Source of the DNA: Bugula neritina
Taxonomy: Eukaryota > Animalia > Bryozoa
Direction of reading: 5' to 3'
DNA: 64,000 bases
Assembly (NCBI GenBank): GCA_964035545.1
Contig: OZ037765.1
Coordinates: 2,294,001 to 2,358,000 of the forward strand
The position numbers and the translations under genes were made by a program. Positions 61,801 through 64,000 of the stretch are shown here, one piece after another. The notes under the pieces are model-generated. The model ran no database searches. It saw nothing but the letters and a program-made list of their open reading frames with translations, and had not been told where the DNA came from. Positions within the stretch are counted from its first letter, which is position 1. Each line of letters opens with the position of its first letter.

Positions 61801-63837
61801 AGTGGATATAGGATAAAAAGTACTAACATTTGGCTTTAGTGATGCTATAAGGATGCTGTCGGCCACAGAGCTTGTATTTTATAGCAAACTTTATGACTAC
61901 TAGATTTAATCACTCAAAGTCTGTGCGGATGATTCAAATTGGGCTTTGGTTTTTGTGCAAGACATTTCTCTTGTAACTTTTAATTTATGAAAACTTTTAG
62001 ATTTTGTTGAACTGTGAATTTGTTTTCCCTTATTAAACTTGTGGACATTAGATTTTAGGTGAAATTTGAGACTATATCATCAAATAAGCCATCTGAACAT
62101 AATTAACTTAGGCCTTAGGCAATGAGATGAGATTTCAAACATATTAATCTAGAGTATATTTAATGCACTCTCAACTATATGCATTTATTATACAATTAAC
62201 AATTGGCAGAGACTCGAACATTAGATGAATAAAATTGCATTTTATCAGCAAACGCTAATGTAATATATACTTCACTCAGACAGTGAATTGATTACTGTGA
62301 ACTGGCATCTCATTTTAGATACTGCTAGAACTTACAACTTTAAACTTACAGCAGTCCTGCTTTAAAGGCATTGTTTTTGTTACAGTTTAGCCAGTTTAAT
62401 TTGGATTATTTTATGGCCATTTTGGACGGTTTGTTTTTGTTGGAAACTCTGCCACAGGCCATGAGTAATGATTATAGTCTATAATAATTGCCAGCTTTAC
62501 CCTCTTGAGTTGCATAACAAAAGCAAATTAGACATTGTTCCAAGTATTAGCTTCAATGCTGTGTAGTTGTAGCATGTTGGTTGGTGAGTAGCAGTCTGCT
62601 AGCAGAGGGAACATGCTTAGTCATATGTTAGGTTACGAGAGGGGATTAGCTCAACTGTCTACTTTTGTAATATGTCAAATAAATACTGCCGTCTTAGTGA
62701 TCTAGGAGTATGTAAACTACTACTCTCAAGTGTTGATAATGTGTTAATACTGGCTCAGTTCTACTAAGAATAAATGCCGAGAGTCACTTCTGTGATGGGC
62801 AGAAAGTGATTTGTTATGTTGGGAGGAGTGGGAGGTTGACAACAAATGGAACTCATCTTTACTGAATATTTTGTAAACTTGGCACTATGTATAATTTCTA
62901 ATCTGTGAGTGACAAACTACTTCATGGATATTTAAGCACATCAGCTTTACACATTATTGAAAATGGGATATTGTGATGGAATTTAAATGTTCCTCCTGTG
63001 CATTTCTAGAATCAAACTTGGGTTTTGACTCCTTCTGTTATATATGATATATGCAACATTCACATGTACATTACCATGTAATAGTGATTACCAGCTGATG
63101 CTAGAATGTACTAGAACATACTAGAGTATAGTGTATGCTATAGTAATTGATGGTGTTTTAGTGGAGACCTTCCTTTACCAGACAAGGCTGCCGATTGTCT
63201 CTCCAAAGCTGCTGAGGCAGCGTCTAACATCAATGCACTGCTGATAGCTAAAGGCAAGCTCACCCCCTCTCAAGTAGGAAGGTCTGCCGGCAAGAAGGTA
63301 GTTTGTTTTGTGAAATATGTGTTGTTAGTTTACCACTAGCTCATTCCATGCTACTCTGTTCAATATCTGACTCTTATTTCTGTCTGGAATAGACTCAGGT
63401 TGTGAAGAAGTTTGATGCAGAGGTGGAGATCAATGATGCCCCCTTAATATGTAGAGATATTCTTGGGAAGAATGCTAAGCAAGAAGAGGTTAGTGGCGGA
63501 GTGGTTTATTAACCCACACCTCTGAGTGGGAGTTTCCATGCTGTTATAAATAGTTCCAGTGTTGTTTATTTGGCACTGAAACAGTATTTAATCTTACCTA
63601 CTGTATCGTGTTGTGAAGGTAATTACTATGTTGCATGCATCCTGTTATTCAGTTGTGAAATATACACGCATGTGTTTTATAAACAATGCTGGGTTGTTCT
63701 GCTCTAATAGACATAGCTGTATGCAGTGGAACTAAATGCGTTATTTGTATTTAGATTTCCAAGAAATCTGGAGCCTTTATATCTACTAAAGGTAGATACT
63801 TGAAACCAGAGCAAAGGGCACTGGCAATCAATAGCAG
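58826..63837 (+). CDS. KHDC4: KH domain-containing 4 (KIAA0907/BLOM7) splicing factor, 5' part; continues beyond window
   Basis: Exons 63162-63297, 63393-63488 and 63755-63837 encode AAEAASNINALLIAKGKL, AEVEINDAPLICR and ISKKSGAFISTKGRY. The first exon 58826-58842 (MDATLG|GTAAGT) is phase-compatible but tentative. Confidence 0.8.
61045..61753. mobile_element. Non-autonomous TIR element (MITE; PIF/Harbinger-like is a guess)
   Basis: ~36-bp terminal inverted repeats (TCACCGGTTTTCCATGTACCGATCTCAGATCGATCT / AGATCGATCTGAGATCGGTACATGGAAAGCCCGTGA). Internal GATCGATC and CCATGGAAAGACGCCA repeats; no ORF; TSD not clearly resolved. Confidence 0.8.
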
Positions 63838-64000
63838 GTGAGTGAAGAGACCTGCCTTTCATATGCAGGCTCACCTGCAGGCATGTGTCAACTATAAGCA
63901 ATGTGACAATCTAGCCACTTCCTGCTTTTAATTCACCAATAATAAGGTCACATGTTTTGTCCTGATAACAAGCTCAGGCTATCATATACACTGGACTGTA

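Overview
AT-rich, gene-dense animal genomic DNA with short spliceosomal introns; an invertebrate, possibly lophotrochozoan (inference only). From left to right: (1) A head-to-head inverted pair of 5-exon genes encodes a 227-aa secreted protein of no family I recognise, with two HxxH motifs and 4 Cys. (2) A very recent Ty3/Gypsy LTR retrotransposon (675-7757, CTAT target-site duplication) sits in intron 3 of the left copy. Its pol is intact and it has a U_UUA_AAC + stem-loop -1 frameshift signal, but its 5' LTR has lost R/U5, the PBS and the gag start. (3) A 13-exon secreted heme peroxidase with a Cys-rich N-terminal module. (4) An orphan 343-aa gene and POLR2E/RPB5. (5) TM2D1, whose ~4-kb U12 intron contains an antisense CHST-type sulfotransferase gene. 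(6) UBE2M, TRDMT1/DNMT2, PGAM, a PGPG-repeat (CIMAP2/LEXM-like) gene, AP1M1 (with a U12 intron) and the 5' part of KHDC4. Two recurring non-coding patterns stand out. Many small introns are filled by minisatellites that begin at, and in four cases include, the splice site; the TM2D1 array creates ~18 in-frame alternative donors. The first introns beside each housekeeping promoter show a cryptic ~6-bp periodicity. All exon structures were deduced by hand from splice signals and frame continuity; no searches were run.
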